Below the pieces are notes generated by a model. The model saw only the letters and a list, made by a program, of their open reading frames with translations, ran no database searches and was not told the origin of the DNA. Shown here in pieces: positions 16,548 to 19,641 of a stretch of 19,641 nucleotides of DNA (the stretch's first letter is position 1; each line of letters begins with the position of its first letter). A program made the translations under genes and the position numbers. Location: the NCBI GenBank assembly GCA_039794005.1, contig JBAMMA010000015.1, positions 1 through 19,641 on the forward strand. The letters run 5' to 3'. This DNA is from Thermoplasmata archaeon (GTDB lineage: Archaea > Thermoplasmatota > Thermoplasmata > Thermoplasmatales > ARK-15).

Positions 16548-19500
16548 ACTTATCAATCATTTCCATTACAATTTTAATTGCAAAATCAAGTTGCGTATCC
16601 CTGTTATTTGCATAATCATCCGGTGTTATATCAACGAAATAATCCGGATCTGTTCCGTGATTCTCTATGCCAAAACCAACGTCCATGAAATAAAATGCGT
16701 ATTCTGGCTGTGTCACTATGGAACCATCGACCAGCATTCTCTTTGGTTCAATTCCAATGACACCTCCCCATGTCCTGGTTCCTATCAATGGACCTATCTT
16801 CATCACCTTAAAGGCGTGCGAGAAGATATCACCGTCAGAACCGGCCAACTCATTTGTTATGCATACGATGGGCCCCTTTGGGGAGAAATACGGATATCCT
16901 TCCTTTATACCATATTTGGGATAGTCGTATCCTATGATTTTTCTTTTCAATTTATCCAATAACAGCCAGGATACATAACCGCCCCTATTGAATCTTACAT
17001 CTATTATGAGAGCAGGTCTTGAGATTTCCTCAAAATATCCCCTGTGAAATTCGGTGAATCCAAATTCAGACATGTCCGGAATATGTATATAGCCAACAAG
17101 ACCGTTTGTCTTTTCATGAACGTATTTTCTGTTTCTTTCAATCCAGTCCCTGTATATTATCAGTGATTCATCACCGATTGTCTTAACGTTGTAATAGAAT
17201 TCATCATCATCCCTTTTAATTTTTAGCCTAATAACATCGTTGGGATGATTTATCAATATTTTTCCTGGAGGATTTGATCTATCTACTTTTATTCCATTTA
17301 TTTCCAGAATTACGTCATTTTCTCTTATGTCAACGCCTGATGATAACAGTGGAGATCTTTCCTCCAGTCTACCCCTGTAAATCCTCTTTATTCTGAATTC
17401 CTCATCCATCTCCGCACCCAAATATCCCCTTATTTCCAATTCTGAATTAAAGTAATCTCCGAGCATTTCGTAGGAATGGGATGTGCCCAGTTCTCCCTGC
17501 ATTTCCCATATCAGATCTGACAGTTCCGATCTTGTTGATATCTTATCCATCAATTTATGATATTTATTAAATATATAGTCCCAATCCATGTCCTGATCTT
17601 TCCAGTAATTCTCCTTCATCATGAACCACGTTTCATATAACATCTGGTTGAATTCTTCCTTTGGATTTGAATATATTTTAATCCTGTTTGGATTTATTAT
17701 TCCAGATTCCCTTCCGGGTTCATTTGACTGAAGATCATTTTTTTCCATGGAATTGATTAACCTGATGGTTCCATCGTAAATGTATATTATCTTTTTTCTA
17801 TCCCCGGATATGTTATAAAACTGTACCTTTTCAACGAGCGTCTCTTCCTTCTTTTTCTCGATGCTATAATGCTTTATTTCATATGTTTTTCCCTCCCTTT
17901 CATTATAATTCTCAGAAATAAAGATAAATCCATCCGGGGTGGCCTTTAGGTCCGAAAATTTACCAGGTTTTATCGGGACAGAAAAAATTCTCCTTGAAAT
18001 ATCCTTTAAATCCACATTGAATTCCTTTTCTTCTTCATCCGGTTTATCAATGAATGGATCTTTTACATGTTCCTTCAGTGCAACGCCGAAAATTTTTGAA
18101 TTGTTTGGAAAAGCCAGGGAATTTAACGCTTCATCCATTTCCGGCCTGTTCGGGTATATTGAAATAAAATAGAGAAACCTGCCCTTGGGATCAAATGAGG
18201 GTGAAATATCATACATGTAGGTGCTTTCTATCTCAGCATATTCATGAGTTTCTATGTTTCTTATTCTGATTTTTTTACTTGAATAGGATTTTCCTATTGA
18301 ATATGCGATCCATCTGCCGTCCGGTGAAAATTCAAGATCATGAATTGGACCGGTCTCCGATTCATCTATCGTATCGATCCTTTCCTTTTCCAGATCTATT
18401 GAATGTATTTTTAGCCTGTTTGTAGAAAATATTATCCTTTTACCATCTGGAGAGGGAAAGATGTCCAGAACCATACCTTCCCTTATTTCATACCTCTTGG
18501 TTATGTTTCCATTTTCTATTAAAACGACATATTCCTTACCATTTCTGTTCATTATTGCGGCACATTTATCTTTTTCCAGATATTTTGATTTCATCAATCT
18601 TATTTCATCCGTGATGATTACGGGACCATCAAACAGATCCATTTCATACAGTTTACCCCTTATTGAAAATATTCCCCTATCTCCGTTATAATTTAAGGAT
18701 ACGTAATCTATTTTATCAACAACGTTTGGCAAAAATCTCTCGCTTAAAGTTCTTTTAGGACCATATACGTCTATATCAAGCTTTTTAGTTTCACCATCAT
18801 AAACATATAAATCACCTGCCATCTGAAATATTATCCTTTTTCCATCTGAATTTGCATTTCTTGCATAGTATTCAATGTTGTCCGTTATTTTTATGATCCT
18901 TCCATCTTCATAGCAGTATATCCTTCCTATACCCTCATGGTCAGAAATAAAGCATATTCTGTCCTTGAAAATCATTGGGCTCCCAATATTTCCATTTAAG
19001 TTTTCAAGAATCCTGTGAAATTTTTCTCCATTATATGAAACCCAGAGCTGTCCGACCGTACCTCCACGGTACCTCTTCCATCTTGCCGGATCTCCTGTAT
19101 TTCTTCCAAGAAGGGTAAAATTGTTCCCGAATCCAATGTATGAAGCGTTTCCGTATGGAAGTTTTCCCATGCCAGAATCATCAAGGGATATATAATAAAG
19201 TTCAGGATAATAATTCAGAGGTGTACCGTGGGTGGATATGAAATAAATTTTTTTATCATAGGAGCTCACGGCCCTTATATTATTGCTTCCAAAGTATGTA
19301 ATCCTCCTTATTTCAGAATTTTCCAATGAATAAATGTAGAGGTCCCCCTGAGGGTTAATATTCTTTTTGCCCATGCTTCTGAATACCGTAAAAATAATAC
19401 TCTTTCCATCGGATGAGAACTTTGGAAATTTTACTATACCCAAACCTTCTGTGATCCTTTTCAGAGAACCGTCATATAGCCAAAGATCATCCTCGGTAAC

Positions 19501-19551
19501 AAAACACACCTTCTCTCCATGAATATCCGGATACATCAGATAATGTTTCAT
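16534..19551 (-). CDS. tri: Tricorn protease (peptidase family S41B)
   Basis: YPDIHG...FVTEDDLW, WKRYRGG, propeller repeats (FSPDGRWIAY, PSFDPKG), His motif ELGTSHSY, PDZ-like segment, GYIHIPDM, DVRFNRGG, catalytic AGSDGD, GTRTWGG and IENHGTDPD. No signal peptide. Confidence 0.96.
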   Translation of the reverse strand: MKHYLMYPDIHGEKVCFVTEDDLWLYDGSLKRITEGLGIVKFPKFSSDGKSIIFTVFRSMGKKNINPQGDLYIYSLENSEIRRITYFGSNNIRAVSSYDKKIYFISTHGTPLNYYPELYYISLDDSGMGKLPYGNASYIGFGNNFTLLGRNTGDPARWKRYRGGTVGQLWVSYNGEKFHRILENLNGNIGSPMIFKDRICFISDHEGIGRIYCYEDGRIIKITDNIEYYARNANSDGKRIIFQMAGDLYVYDGETKKLDIDVYGPKRTLSERFLPNVVDKIDYVSLNYNGDRGIFSIRGKLYEMDLFDGPVIITDEIRLMKSKYLEKDKCAAIMNRNGKEYVVLIENGNITKRYEIREGMVLDIFPSPDGKRIIFSTNRLKIHSIDLEKERIDTIDESETGPIHDLEFSPDGRWIAYSIGKSYSSKKIRIRNIETHEYAEIESTYMYDISPSFDPKGRFLYFISIYPNRPEMDEALNSLAFPNNSKIFGVALKEHVKDPFIDKPDEEEKEFNVDLKDISRRIFSVPIKPGKFSDLKATPDGFIFISENYNEREGKTYEIKHYSIEKKKEETLVEKVQFYNISGDRKKIIYIYDGTIRLINSMEKNDLQSNEPGRESGIINPNRIKIYSNPKEEFNQMLYETWFMMKENYWKDQDMDWDYIFNKYHKLMDKISTRSELSDLIWEMQGELGTSHSYEMLGDYFNSELEIRGYLGAEMDEEFRIKRIYRGRLEERSPLLSSGVDIRENDVILEINGIKVDRSNPPGKILINHPNDVIRLKIKRDDDEFYYNVKTIGDESLIIYRDWIERNRKYVHEKTNGLVGYIHIPDMSEFGFTEFHRGYFEEISRPALIIDVRFNRGGYVSWLLLDKLKRKIIGYDYPKYGIKEGYPYFSPKGPIVCITNELAGSDGDIFSHAFKVMKIGPLIGTRTWGGVIGIEPKRMLVDGSIVTQPEYAFYFMDVGFGIENHGTDPDYFVDITPDDYANNRDTQLDFAIKIVMEMIDKYENK

Positions 19552-19641
19552 AAACGGATTAAAAAATATATTTTAAATAATTTTTTGGATTGATTTATTT
19601 TTGAGATGTCCTGAAATTATTTTTTTATTCCGTATATTTTT

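Noticed and set aside
329-19184. Numerous 60-123 aa ORFs antisense to or nested in larger genes (e.g. 508-822, 4084-4320, 10453-10725, 16591-16962)
   Set aside because: They overlap well-supported genes and have no recognisable motifs or initiation signals, so they are treated as shadow ORFs.
19602-19641. TGAGATGTCCTGAAATTA near the window end as a second IS end forming a composite transposon
   Set aside because: It has only weak similarity to the reverse complement of the candidate end at 261 (TGTATAGTCCCATTTC) and lacks the terminal TGT. The enclosed genes include a tRNA and housekeeping functions.

Overview
AT-rich, densely coding archaeal window, most likely Thermoplasmata. The evidence is TATA boxes about 21-23 nt before leaderless ATGs, GGTGA(T) ribosome-binding sites, a tRNA without encoded CCA, a tricorn protease and a DUF3198-like protein. 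Left to right: the 3' end of an IS481-like element; a DtxR-family regulator with a perfect 21-bp palindrome over its start codon, followed by a His-motif (NiCoT/UreH-like) membrane protein and an MFS permease; two convergent sulfide:quinone oxidoreductase (SQR)-like flavoproteins flanking a 16-residue-repeat helical protein; MTA phosphorylase, MFS, a small alpha/beta protein, tRNA-Leu(UAG) and spermidine synthase; a DUF3198-like protein; an ExxE-motif permease; an orphan GvpD/KaiC-like double ATPase; a NitT/TauT-type ABC system with no binding protein and a stand-alone winged-helix-like subunit; a DUF2079-like membrane protein; tricorn protease. The best candidates for under-described biology are the regulator/transporter/dual-SQR/repeat-protein cluster (315-5774) and the KaiC-like ATPase plus binding-protein-less ABC cluster (10433-14968). 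All family assignments come from motif recognition by eye, not database searches. No CRISPR array, rRNA or prophage was seen.
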